This document shows, piece by piece, positions 6,807-14,412 of a stretch of 46,872 nucleotides of DNA. Position 1 is the stretch's first letter. Each line of letters opens with the position of its first letter. Where the stretch lies: positions 1-46,872 of the IMG/VR virus record IMGVR_UViG_3300045988_064400; one strand, given 5' to 3'. The notes beneath the pieces were generated by a model, which saw only the letters and a program-made list of their open reading frames with translations, was not told the origin of the DNA and searched no databases. Origin of the DNA: a virus. The translations under genes were made by a program, and so were the position numbers.

Positions 6807-8522
6807 TTAAGAAAGAAGATAGTTAATATCAGCAACACTAATCTTTCCATCAACTAATGCATCTGCAATCTGTCCTTTCTTTTCTACCAGTTCCTCTATA
6901 CGTTCATCAATGGTATCCCGACAACATAATGTGATTACAGATACTGTTCCTTTTGTTCCAATTCTATGTGCTCTATCTTCTGCTTGTGCTTTTAATGCCA
7001 TGTTCCAAGGTGAGTCTAAAAAGATAACATTCTGAGCGGCGGTCAATGTAAGTCCTGTTCCCATTGCTCCAATAGTACCAATTATAACTTTGCATTTATC
7101 ATCATTTTGAAATCTGTCAACTTCTTTCATGCGTTCATCCGTTTTCGTTGCACCTGTGATATAAGCTGGGTTATAAGATTTCAATTTCTCTCTTGCTACT
7201 TCTGTCATTGATTCCCAATTACTAAAAATGATAGCTTTCTGTCCACTTGCAACAATCTCTTGTACTAATTCAACCATTCTATCCATTTTAGCTGATTCTT
7301 GAACTGTATTAGATATAATACCTGTCCAGCCTGTTGCTTGTCTTAATCTAATCATCATGGAAAGTGGGTTGTTGGAGAATTTAATCTTCTGTAAATCTGA
7401 CATAACACCATTATATACTTCTTTATATATCTGTTTCTGCTTAGGTGTCATATCTACATATTCAATCTTTCTAATCTTTTCTGGCAAGTCGAGAACTTCT
7501 GTTTTTAATCTTCTCAGCATAATGCTATCCATCATTGCTCTAATTTCTTCCAAATTTTTATATCCAACAACCTGTGAACCGCCCCATCCGCCAAGAGTGC
7601 AGTAATGCTGTTTGAATTGATAGAATGAATGATTTTCATATCCTAACCACTTCATTGGGAAGTATAAATCAAGTGGATTGTTCATGAGTGGTGTTCCGCT
7701 CATAGCAACCATATATTTTGCAGTTACATTTATCATTGCTCTACTTTGTAAAGAAGTAGGTTCTTTTGATTTGTGACATTCATCAAATGCAATTACTGAT
7801 ATTGTTCCATTTTTGCAAAGTTCCTGTAATTTTTCAGCAATAGGGAAATGATATTTGGTTTTGCTTATCTTTTCAGCCCCAGCTCTTAATGTTTCAATAT
7901 TAGTAATGATGTATCTGCAATCTGGAAGATTGTCTAAATCTTCGAGTTTATTTTTTGTACTTCCCTCATAAGCTTTTCCAGTTGTTTTTCTAAAACGTGT
8001 GCCAAGAACCCATCCTTTTTCGTCTGAATGAATACTAATTTCTGATTGCCAATTATACTTGAGTGAGTTTACACCACAAACGATAAGCACTTTATTGATT
8101 GTATCTGTTTTTTCAAGACATCCAACGAAGTCTATAATCTGCTTTGTTTTTCCAAGACCTTGGTCATCACATAACAGGAATTTCTTCTTATTCAATCCAA
8201 ATCTTACACCATCAATCTGATGTGCAAACGGTTTTGTCTTAAATTTAAAATTCTTTGGAATATCAATTTCAAATTCCTGCTTGTGTAAATCTTCATATAT
8301 TCCGGATATTTTAATTTCTTCATTTTCAAATTTGTTGCAAAGTGAAACGATATTATTAACTGGCATTTCCCAAGTATGATTATTTGGATTATATACTCTT
8401 GTTCCCATTTGTTTGATAAATGAAACAATATCCGGGTTATAATCGAAAGATACAAATGCACTCTTTTTTACTAAAATGTTATTTGAAAGCTTTTCAGGCT
8501 CTCCAATATGTATTTTAATCAT
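6807..8522 (-). CDS. SNF2-family DEAD/DEAH helicase
   Basis: 571 aa. Motif I 'CDDQGLGKTKQ', motif II 'AFDECHKSK', C-terminal helicase motifs 'GLTLTAAQNVIFLDSPWN...QAEDRAHRIGT'. Confidence 0.85.
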   Translation of the reverse strand: MIKIHIGEPEKLSNNILVKKSAFVSFDYNPDIVSFIKQMGTRVYNPNNHTWEMPVNNIVSLCNKFENEEIKISGIYEDLHKQEFEIDIPKNFKFKTKPFAHQIDGVRFGLNKKKFLLCDDQGLGKTKQIIDFVGCLEKTDTINKVLIVCGVNSLKYNWQSEISIHSDEKGWVLGTRFRKTTGKAYEGSTKNKLEDLDNLPDCRYIITNIETLRAGAEKISKTKYHFPIAEKLQELCKNGTISVIAFDECHKSKEPTSLQSRAMINVTAKYMVAMSGTPLMNNPLDLYFPMKWLGYENHSFYQFKQHYCTLGGWGGSQVVGYKNLEEIRAMMDSIMLRRLKTEVLDLPEKIRKIEYVDMTPKQKQIYKEVYNGVMSDLQKIKFSNNPLSMMIRLRQATGWTGIISNTVQESAKMDRMVELVQEIVASGQKAIIFSNWESMTEVAREKLKSYNPAYITGATKTDERMKEVDRFQNDDKCKVIIGTIGAMGTGLTLTAAQNVIFLDSPWNMALKAQAEDRAHRIGTKGTVSVITLCCRDTIDERIEELVEKKGQIADALVDGKISVADINYLLS

Positions 8523-8733
8523 TTACTAATTCCTCCACTCTTTCATAATGAATATTATCTTCCAACTTTCTAAGATATGTTTTTCTTAAAATTCCTTTCT
8601 TCATATCTTCCAGTTCACATCTTCTAGTAGACATTCTCATTTGATTATATCTTCCAAGTGCTTCAAAATATGTATCAAAACAAGTTGAAATTTCTGTTCC
8701 ATTTGATGACCAACTAACTCTAAATCTGCTCAT
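8515..8733 (-). CDS. Hypothetical protein
   Basis: 72-aa ORF. The RBS region contains a G8 homopolymer (C8 on the plus strand, 8743-8750). Confidence 0.55.
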   Translation of the reverse strand: MSRFRVSWSSNGTEISTCFDTYFEALGRYNQMRMSTRRCELEDMKKGILRKTYLRKLEDNIHYERVEELVND

Positions 8734-8757
8734 TTTATATTGCCCCCCCCTCCCTAT

Positions 8758-9087
8758 CTAATTATCATATTTGCTACAATGTCCTTCATAGCATTTCAAA
8801 TCATTGATATATGGTTTGTATGCTTTTATGAATCTTTCCAATCTACCAACTTCTAATATCCACATTTTTCTATCTTCCTCATAATCACTATATCTCATAT
8901 CATTATTACAATGTCCTGCTTCATAAAATGTAGATAAAGCATAATCACATTCCGCTACCATATCACGTAAGTTCCAATTTTCTGTAGACTCACTATATCT
9001 TGTTCCAATAGTGTTATGTTCATAACCTATTGTCTCAATAATGCTATTATATCTTTTTATAGCACCATCAATGTTTAATTTTTTCAT
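8758..9087 (-). CDS. Hypothetical protein (first gene after cassette promoter 3)
   Basis: 109-aa ORF, RBS taggaggt. Confidence 0.6.
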   Translation of the reverse strand: MKKLNIDGAIKRYNSIIETIGYEHNTIGTRYSESTENWNLRDMVAECDYALSTFYEAGHCNNDMRYSDYEEDRKMWILEVGRLERFIKAYKPYINDLKCYEGHCSKYDN

Positions 9088-9133
9088 AATAACAACCTCC
9101 TAAAAATTTTATGTATTTCTTATTTACAATTAT

Positions 9134-9162
9134 ATTGTAATACATAAAAATAGAAATGTCAA
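9134..9162 (-). promoter_or_regulatory. Early promoter cassette copy 3 (TTGACA-N17-TACAAT)
   Basis: attgta at 9134-9139 and tgtcaa at 9157-9162 with a 17-nt spacer. The palindrome ttacaattatattgtaa is present. Confidence 0.7.
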
Positions 9163-9182
9163 GTGTTTTTATGTATTTTATG

Positions 9183-9211
9183 TAAAAATAAGGGAGACAT
9201 AAATCTCCCTT
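9183..9211 (-). terminator. Rho-independent terminator after 9217..9552
   Basis: Stem aagggaga (9190-9197) pairs with tctccctt (9204-9211), 6-nt loop. ATTTTTA follows on the minus strand. Confidence 0.65.
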
Positions 9212-9216
9212 ATACA

Positions 9217-9552
9217 TCAAATGATATTTGGCTGTGTTATATTTTGAAGTGTTTCAAGATGTTTTTTGAATATTTCCTTTTCTTCTAAATTACACGTCAT
9301 ATATAATTCAGATAGCATTTTCCGAATGGTGGAAAGTAGAATTTCAAGGCTATCTTTTGTTCTATTTCTCATATAAGAAACAAACAAACTTTGAATATCT
9401 ATAATGGTTTCATCCACATTACTTTCTGGAACAAGGTCAATATTCATCTTATCTACAAGTGCCAAGATTAAGAATGCGTCTACATCAAAATGCCTCTTCA
9501 ATTCATTTTCCGCAAGTTCTTTGGCTACTGGAATACTTTCTTGAAATGTCAT
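9217..9552 (-). CDS. Hypothetical protein
   Basis: 111-aa ORF ending just before a terminator. Confidence 0.55.
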   Translation of the reverse strand: MTFQESIPVAKELAENELKRHFDVDAFLILALVDKMNIDLVPESNVDETIIDIQSLFVSYMRNRTKDSLEILLSTIRKMLSELYMTCNLEEKEIFKKHLETLQNITQPNII

Positions 9553-9562
9553 ATAATCACTC

Positions 9563-9862
9563 CTACATAGAAAGCATCTGCTTTATCCAAGCGGTTTTTT
9601 CTACGAATTTCTTATGGCATTTTTCCCACTTTTCTTCCATTTCCTCAGTAGGTTCATAAACCTTGGAAATTTCTTCAATATCCTGTGTAGCTTTATCGTG
9701 AAGATACCCAGCGTGTTTCAATTCATCATTAGCCATTTCTTTATACCTATTCGCCCACTGCATATCGCCTTTTGCCTTGCATTCAACGTACTTTTCAGCA
9801 TATTCTTTAGCACCTTCCACTTCTTCCATAATGTGTTCGGCTAACTTCTTTATTTTAGTCAT
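9563..9862 (-). CDS. Hypothetical helical protein
   Basis: Trimmed to the ATG at 9862, which is preceded by aaggag. Charged, helix-prone sequence. Confidence 0.55.
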   Translation of the reverse strand: MTKIKKLAEHIMEEVEGAKEYAEKYVECKAKGDMQWANRYKEMANDELKHAGYLHDKATQDIEEISKVYEPTEEMEEKWEKCHKKFVEKTAWIKQMLSM

Positions 9863-9875
9863 TATAATCAACTCC

Positions 9876-10295
9876 TTAAATTTTCTCAACTACAAATGCA
9901 AGATTTTGAGTAGTTACTGCTTGTCCTCCAATAACGATTGTGAGATTTGCGGTGTCACAATCACAATTTAATCTTACAAGTGCAGATATAGGAAGTGTCA
10001 CAACATCACCGATTGCTGTTGCTGTTGCACTGGCGGTTGCTCCTTGAACTGGAGCTCCATCTTTGTATAATGTTGCTGTCACTTCTCCTACGGCAGTAGC
10101 GGTTACTGATACATTTGCATCTATATCATAGTAACCAGCTCCTCCGGCACAATTACCGATTGATACGCCATTACCACCTAACTGACAATACTTCCCATAT
10201 CTTCTAATTACTGTAGAGGGTACATAAGTACCACCAATAGCAATAGCTGTTCCTGTGGTAGTATTAACTACATATATTCCTGATTTACAACTCAT
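9876..10295 (-). CDS. Small Gly/Ala/Thr-rich protein, possibly BclA-C-terminal/C1q-like (jelly-roll)
   Basis: Trimmed to the ATG at 10295 (aaggag RBS). The C-terminus 'ANLTIVIGGQAVTTQNLAFVVEKI' resembles the BclA C-terminal-domain ending by eye. Locally GC-richer DNA. Confidence 0.5.
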   Translation of the reverse strand: MSCKSGIYVVNTTTGTAIAIGGTYVPSTVIRRYGKYCQLGGNGVSIGNCAGGAGYYDIDANVSVTATAVGEVTATLYKDGAPVQGATASATATAIGDVVTLPISALVRLNCDCDTANLTIVIGGQAVTTQNLAFVVEKI

Positions 10296-10315
10296 ATTAT
10301 TATCTCCTTTCCAAT

Positions 10316-10344
10316 AAAAAAGGGAATACCGACAAGGCATTCCC
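10316..10344 (-). terminator. Terminator or attenuating hairpin between two cargo genes
   Basis: gggaatacc (10322-10330) pairs with ggcattccc (10336-10344) at 8 of 9 positions, 5-nt loop. TTTTTT follows on the minus strand. Confidence 0.55.
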
Positions 10345-10374
10345 CCTAATGATTTAAGACCTTGTCTAAATGAC

Positions 10375-10983
10375 TTAGATGTTGCAACCGCTGTTGCAAC
10401 AAGAGTTACCCCAGTAAGGACTCATTCCTGCTGTGTATGTGGTTGCATTAGGATATCTAATTACACCACACATAGCGGACTGAAGCTGAAGTTGATTAAC
10501 CTGCGACTGCAAGCTATCAATCTTGTTCTGTGCCATAGCATCGAGAATCTTCTGTGTCTGTGCCGTTGTGTTGGCGTTGATAGCGGCAGTGTTGATAGCA
10601 CCGTTATAATTAACACCGTCAATGGCTCTCTGTGTTGTGCAGCAGCAATCAGCAACCTGTTGCTGAACTGTGTTGAAGTTACGAAGAGTTTCATAACCTA
10701 AATTACAGATTCCATTTTGTAATCCCTGATAATCATGCTGGAGATTATCATTCAATCTACCCACTGCATTTTCCAGGTTGTTGAAATTCATAGCATTACA
10801 AAGTCCTGCTTCTGTAACAGGTTCTCCGTTTACATTTCTGTTTCCACCAAAGAAACCGCCGCCACCGATAAGTAACAGGATTAAAAGGGCGAAAATCCAC
10901 ATTCCACCGCCATCTCCTCCAAACATACCGTCTTTATTATCTGTTACTGCGGCAATGTCTGCTAAAGATACTCCATCTGTCAT
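10375..10983 (-). CDS. Membrane protein with Gly-rich TM segment and Cys-rich C-terminus
   Basis: 202 aa. 'GGDGGGMWIFALLILLLIGGGGFFGG', 'ADCCCTTQ', and a C-terminal 'GNSCCNSGCNI'. RBS gaaaggag. Confidence 0.6.
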   Translation of the reverse strand: MTDGVSLADIAAVTDNKDGMFGGDGGGMWIFALLILLLIGGGGFFGGNRNVNGEPVTEAGLCNAMNFNNLENAVGRLNDNLQHDYQGLQNGICNLGYETLRNFNTVQQQVADCCCTTQRAIDGVNYNGAINTAAINANTTAQTQKILDAMAQNKIDSLQSQVNQLQLQSAMCGVIRYPNATTYTAGMSPYWGNSCCNSGCNI

Positions 10984-11029
10984 AATATGACACTCCTTTC
11001 ATTTTTTATTTATTTGAATTTGCAAATTC

Positions 11030-11242
11030 CTATTTTAGTTGAGACATAAACGAATCTACATCTATACCTCTTTCCTTACAAATAGAACGAACTGCTTGCT
11101 CTGGATTCATTCCTTTTCCGCTTAACATAGTCATAATTCCTCTCATTTGATTCATATTCTTCATCATGGATTTTGCCTGACTAATTACTTGAGGATTTAT
11201 CTGTGAGGTTTGATTTTGACCTTGAAATAGACTGCTTGCCAT
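11030..11242 (-). CDS. Hypothetical small Q/N/M-rich protein
   Basis: 70-aa ORF with its own aaggag RBS. Its start lies inside the 3' end of 11181..11579. Confidence 0.5.
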   Translation of the reverse strand: MASSLFQGQNQTSQINPQVISQAKSMMKNMNQMRGIMTMLSGKGMNPEQAVRSICKERGIDVDSFMSQLK

Positions 11243-11579
11243 TATTCATCAACTCCTTCTTAAATTCTTCAAATTCTTGCCTGCTTATATAATCTTGACC
11301 ACCACTTGACTTTTCATTTTGTGTTATTTCCGCAAAGTTAAAAGTCCGGATAGAAGGAAACCCTGCTCCGTCTGTGGTCTTAATATACATGATATCTTCA
11401 TTAGAATCAAACAAAGCAACAGTAGAATTAGCACTCATTTGATAAGTTTTTGCACCCTCTATACCATTAACCCTAATAAGATTTTGTGTTTGTTCTTGTT
11501 GAAAAATTTGTTGATTGTTCATTTGTGGATTGTAATACTGATTTTGTGCTAGTAGGTTCGCATAAGGATTTTGAAACAT
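11181..11579 (-). CDS. Hypothetical protein with Q/N-rich N-terminus
   Basis: Trimmed to the ATG at 11579, which follows aggggtga. 'NPYANLLAQNQYYNPQMNNQQIFQQEQTQN', then a 'VNGIEGAKTYQM...' domain. Confidence 0.55.
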   Translation of the reverse strand: MFQNPYANLLAQNQYYNPQMNNQQIFQQEQTQNLIRVNGIEGAKTYQMSANSTVALFDSNEDIMYIKTTDGAGFPSIRTFNFAEITQNEKSSGGQDYISRQEFEEFKKELMNNGKQSISRSKSNLTDKSSSN

Positions 11580-11660
11580 ATTTATCACCCCTAATATAGT
11601 TATTAAAATTTATTAACGATTTAGTCAATTCTAAACCGTTCATATTTCTAAATTCTTCAA

Positions 11661-11780
11661 TCATTTTGCTTTTTCCTCTTCTAAAATGAATTGAATTATA
11701 TCTAATATTCTGATAATATACAAAACAGGAATATCTTTAAGTCTTGAGTCGTTTAATACTTTGTTATAAATATCATCCAT
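11661..11780 (-). CDS. Possible 39-aa ORF, not in the track
   Basis: My translation is MDDIYNKVLNDSRLKDIPVLYIIRILDIIQFILEEEKAK. There is aaagga 6 nt upstream. Weak support only. Confidence 0.3.
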   Translation of the reverse strand: MDDIYNKVLNDSRLKDIPVLYIIRILDIIQFILEEEKAK

Positions 11781-11816
11781 ATATAATCCTTTCATTTATT
11801 TTATTTATTTTATTAT

Positions 11817-11849
11817 AAACAAAAAAGGCTACATATTAAATGTAGCCTT
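11817..11849 (-). terminator. Rho-independent terminator ending the late (structural/lysis) transcription unit
   Basis: A 10-bp stem: aaggctacat (11825-11834) pairs with atgtagcctt (11840-11849), 5-nt loop. A T-run follows on the minus strand. Confidence 0.75.
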
Positions 11850-11866
11850 AATGTATAGAAAATGTA

Positions 11867-12067
11867 TTATAATGAACGGATTATCTTTTTATTTACCTTT
11901 TGGCTTAATTTACCAGCCCAATCTCTTGAAATTATTAGTTTTTCAGAAATTGTATCTAATGTATATCCTTTCGAACGTAATAGAAATAATTCTTTTTCCA
12001 TAGGCGTAAAATTGCATCGAGCTAATAAGATATTTATTTCGTCCGTTGTAAAATCAGATATAATCAT
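11867..12067 (-). CDS. Sigma-70 region-4-like HTH protein (66 aa)
   Basis: 'FTPMEKELFLLRSKGYTLDTISEKLIISRDWAGKLSQKVNKKI' resembles a region-4/LuxR-type HTH. RBS aaaggag. Confidence 0.6.
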   Translation of the reverse strand: MIISDFTTDEINILLARCNFTPMEKELFLLRSKGYTLDTISEKLIISRDWAGKLSQKVNKKIIRSL

Positions 12068-12186
12068 CTTTTTCTCCTTTTTGGTCTTCTATTTGTCGGT
12101 CTTGGATGAGTTGGTCTACTTCCACCACGTCTATTAGTTCGTCTTCCACGATAAACAGTGTGCTTAGTTATCACTTGTCTTGCCAT
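12064..12186 (-). CDS. Possible 40-aa arginine-rich peptide, not in the track
   Basis: My translation is MARQVITKHTVYRGRRTNRRGGSRPTHPRPTNRRPKRRKR. The ATG is preceded by ggtgat. Its TGA overlaps the ATG of 11867..12067 (ATGA). It fills the 96-nt gap. Confidence 0.35.
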   Translation of the reverse strand: MARQVITKHTVYRGRRTNRRGGSRPTHPRPTNRRPKRRKR

Positions 12187-12406
12187 TTATATCACCATCA
12201 TTTCCTATATAATTATTTACGCCTTGCTCGCCAGAATCTTGTGATATTGTTGTGTCACATTTTTCAGATGGAATGTTCCAATAATATAACCACGCTATAT
12301 TTGTTGCAAAAAGTAGAAAAGTGAGCAGTAATACAACTACAAACAACCTTTTTATTGTTGTTTTCATTTGGGTTAATAACTCCAATGCTAAATTATCATT
12401 TTCCAT
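12164..12406 (-). CDS. Small membrane protein (lysis-cassette neighbour)
   Basis: One hydrophobic helix, 'LFVVVLLLTFLLFATNIAWLYYW'. Start trimmed to the ATG at 12406. Confidence 0.55.
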   Translation of the reverse strand: MENDNLALELLTQMKTTIKRLFVVVLLLTFLLFATNIAWLYYWNIPSEKCDTTISQDSGEQGVNNYIGNDGDINGKTSDN

Positions 12407-12677
12407 TCTCACACACCCTTTCTAAATCGTCTATTCTATGATTCGCAACTTTCTGTCCTTGGTCTAATAATTCAACTGCCTTTTCCACTTCATACATTCT
12501 AACTATAACGCTATTGTGCAAATCTTGCTTTTTCTCAAGATTTTTGATATCTTTTTGTATCAAAGCTATGCTAGTATTTACTTCTTCAACAGTTTTCGTA
12601 TGCTGTGCTTTAGATGATACGATTATGCCAAAGAATGAAAATAATCCAGTAATAGCTGCAACTATAATGCTTGTCAT
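12396..12677 (-). CDS. N-terminally membrane-anchored coiled-coil protein (lysis accessory candidate)
   Basis: 'IIVAAITGLFSFFGIIVSS' TM segment, then a charged heptad-like region. It sits directly after the endolysin. Confidence 0.55.
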   Translation of the reverse strand: MTSIIVAAITGLFSFFGIIVSSKAQHTKTVEEVNTSIALIQKDIKNLEKKQDLHNSVIVRMYEVEKAVELLDQGQKVANHRIDDLERVCENGK

Positions 12678-13183
12678 TATTTCTCCTTTTCCAGTACCAT
12701 TATAACGTGTTTACCAGCCTTTAGTATCATATCTCCGGGTTTCTTTTTGCTGCATAGTTTAGTCGTTTTGAAATTTTTTGGTCTCTTTACAATTGTAAGA
12801 TTAAATAAAGAAGCCGTTGTTGTAGAACTAGGCATTATTTCTTTACCATATGCCATATTGATAGAACAAGCTACTAATTCGGAGCAATCACAGTTGCATT
12901 TTTTTATTTGTGGTATTTTAGTAATATCCCAATTTATTTTTTTGCACTGAGAATATAATGAAGTTCTATCGTTTTGACCGTAACCTATATTATCATTTAA
13001 GCAGAATAATTTCTGCGCCCTTGCAGCTTTTCTTCCTCTGGAACTGTTTCTAAATCTTATAATTTTGTCTTGACCAAAATTATAATAGCTACCTAATTTT
13101 ACTTCTTTCCCTGTTTGGTCTCCTTTTCTGCCGTTTACTGTTCTTTTTTCTGATTGAGACGCCCATCCACATAATAATGCCAT
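12677..13183 (-). CDS. Putative endolysin (Cys-peptidase/amidase type, Amidase_5/NlpC-P60-like)
   Basis: 168 aa, immediately downstream of the holin. 'GDQTGKE' and 'CDCSELV' motifs resemble phage peptidoglycan hydrolases, from memory only. Confidence 0.55.
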   Translation of the reverse strand: MALLCGWASQSEKRTVNGRKGDQTGKEVKLGSYYNFGQDKIIRFRNSSRGRKAARAQKLFCLNDNIGYGQNDRTSLYSQCKKINWDITKIPQIKKCNCDCSELVACSINMAYGKEIMPSSTTTASLFNLTIVKRPKNFKTTKLCSKKKPGDMILKAGKHVIMVLEKEK

Positions 13184-13188
13184 TTCTT

Positions 13189-13452
13189 CTAATCCTCCCT
13201 ATTTATTATATTTTTTAGTAATTGGTGCATGCCGGTACTTATTAAACCACTAAATAACCCACCTAGTAAAACTTCCGGTGTGAACGCTAAATTTAGCCAT
13301 ACATTTACTACTACACCTAAAATACTAACTATCAATGGTATATATCTATTGATAGCAGATGATTGCACAAGGTTTTTAATCACATAGCCAACACATAAAC
13401 ACACGCCAATAACAATCGGTACACTATAATTTGTTAAAAATTCAATTCCCAT
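13189..13452 (-). CDS. Holin
   Basis: 87 aa with 2-3 hydrophobic helices ('VPIVIGVCLCVGYVI', 'IPLIVSILGVVVNVWL', 'LLGGLFSGLISTG') and a charged C-terminus. It sits between the tail genes and the lysin. Confidence 0.7.
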   Translation of the reverse strand: MGIEFLTNYSVPIVIGVCLCVGYVIKNLVQSSAINRYIPLIVSILGVVVNVWLNLAFTPEVLLGGLFSGLISTGMHQLLKNIINRED

Positions 13453-13470
13453 ATTATATTTTCTCCTTTC

Positions 13471-14412
13471 TTAGGAAACAGTTACTTTTTTCCATTCTGT
13501 CCATTGCGGATAATTAGAACGCACATATATATTACTATCACCTCCAATGTCAAAATATAGTTGAACAACACGTGTATCAGATTTTATTGAGGTTGAAGTT
13601 GCATCTGACCCCAAAATTAAAACAAACGCACTTAAGGAGGAAAGAATCGGTGGAAGATTTTTTTGTGTCTTACCTACCTGTGACGAGAGAATATCTAATA
13701 TATATAATCCAGCTCTAGGGGTTGAATTTTGTGCTTTACACTCATTCAGATCAAATTCGAGACCCATGTTCGTAGCAACCAGTGACAACGCTCCCATATC
13801 TAATGGAGTTAAATTTACGTTCCCTGTTCGATAATTTTTTTCCAATTGACCTTTTACTCCAGATACGTTGCTTGCTGAAAAGCTAGTAACAAGGTTAGTT
13901 AGTTCTTGTATAGTTAATACGCTTGTAGAATTAGACTCTATCAAATTATCAACACTTGTAATCGTTAAACTAGATAATCTTACTCTACATATTGGTACAT
14001 CTGTAGACAAACCAGTACCATCAAGTATATTCGTAGTTGTATATGTTGGGTCTACTGGTGTTGTATTCGATGGTGTGCCCTTCATTACAACTAAAGATAT
14101 TGATTCTATCTGAGTGTCTCTATTCTTTGTATATCGCATCACGATAAGGTCATTTCTGTTATATCCAGATGAACCGTTTTCGATAATAACATCCTCATAG
14201 CTATCAATATCAATACCCATCTGTGTACCTTGATGAATAAGCATACCATCGCCAATTCTAACCGTGTTATTATCAACGATTGTGGGAGCAAATTTAGCTC
14301 CATAATCAATTAAATAAGTTCCTGTTCCAAATACTTGAGAGTTAAATGCTCTTGCATTATCAGATGTTACGTGAGCGGTCCCAGTTCTACCTGTGACAAG
14401 ATTTAATGCCAT
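13471..14412 (-). CDS. Tail fibre / receptor-binding-region protein
   Basis: 313 aa. It is the last structural ORF before the holin, and is S/T/N-rich. Confidence 0.5.
   Translation of the reverse strand: MALNLVTGRTGTAHVTSDNARAFNSQVFGTGTYLIDYGAKFAPTIVDNNTVRIGDGMLIHQGTQMGIDIDSYEDVIIENGSSGYNRNDLIVMRYTKNRDTQIESISLVVMKGTPSNTTPVDPTYTTTNILDGTGLSTDVPICRVRLSSLTITSVDNLIESNSTSVLTIQELTNLVTSFSASNVSGVKGQLEKNYRTGNVNLTPLDMGALSLVATNMGLEFDLNECKAQNSTPRAGLYILDILSSQVGKTQKNLPPILSSLSAFVLILGSDATSTSIKSDTRVVQLYFDIGGDSNIYVRSNYPQWTEWKKVTVS

Noticed and set aside
11016-11029. Perfect 14-bp palindrome gaatttgcaaattc after the stop of 11030..11242, considered as a terminator.
   Set aside because: It is an A/T-rich stem with no loop and is followed by A-rich sequence on the minus strand. 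It is not a credible intrinsic terminator, and I have no basis to assign it a function.
11473-11664. A 63-aa ORF overlapping the 5' end of the Q/N-rich gene by more than 100 nt; possible programmed frameshift.
   Set aside because: I found no slippery heptamer or stimulatory structure at the overlap. The downstream gene has its own good RBS and ATG at 11579. The ORF's C-terminal half looks like an out-of-frame read of the Q/N-rich region. I left it uncalled.
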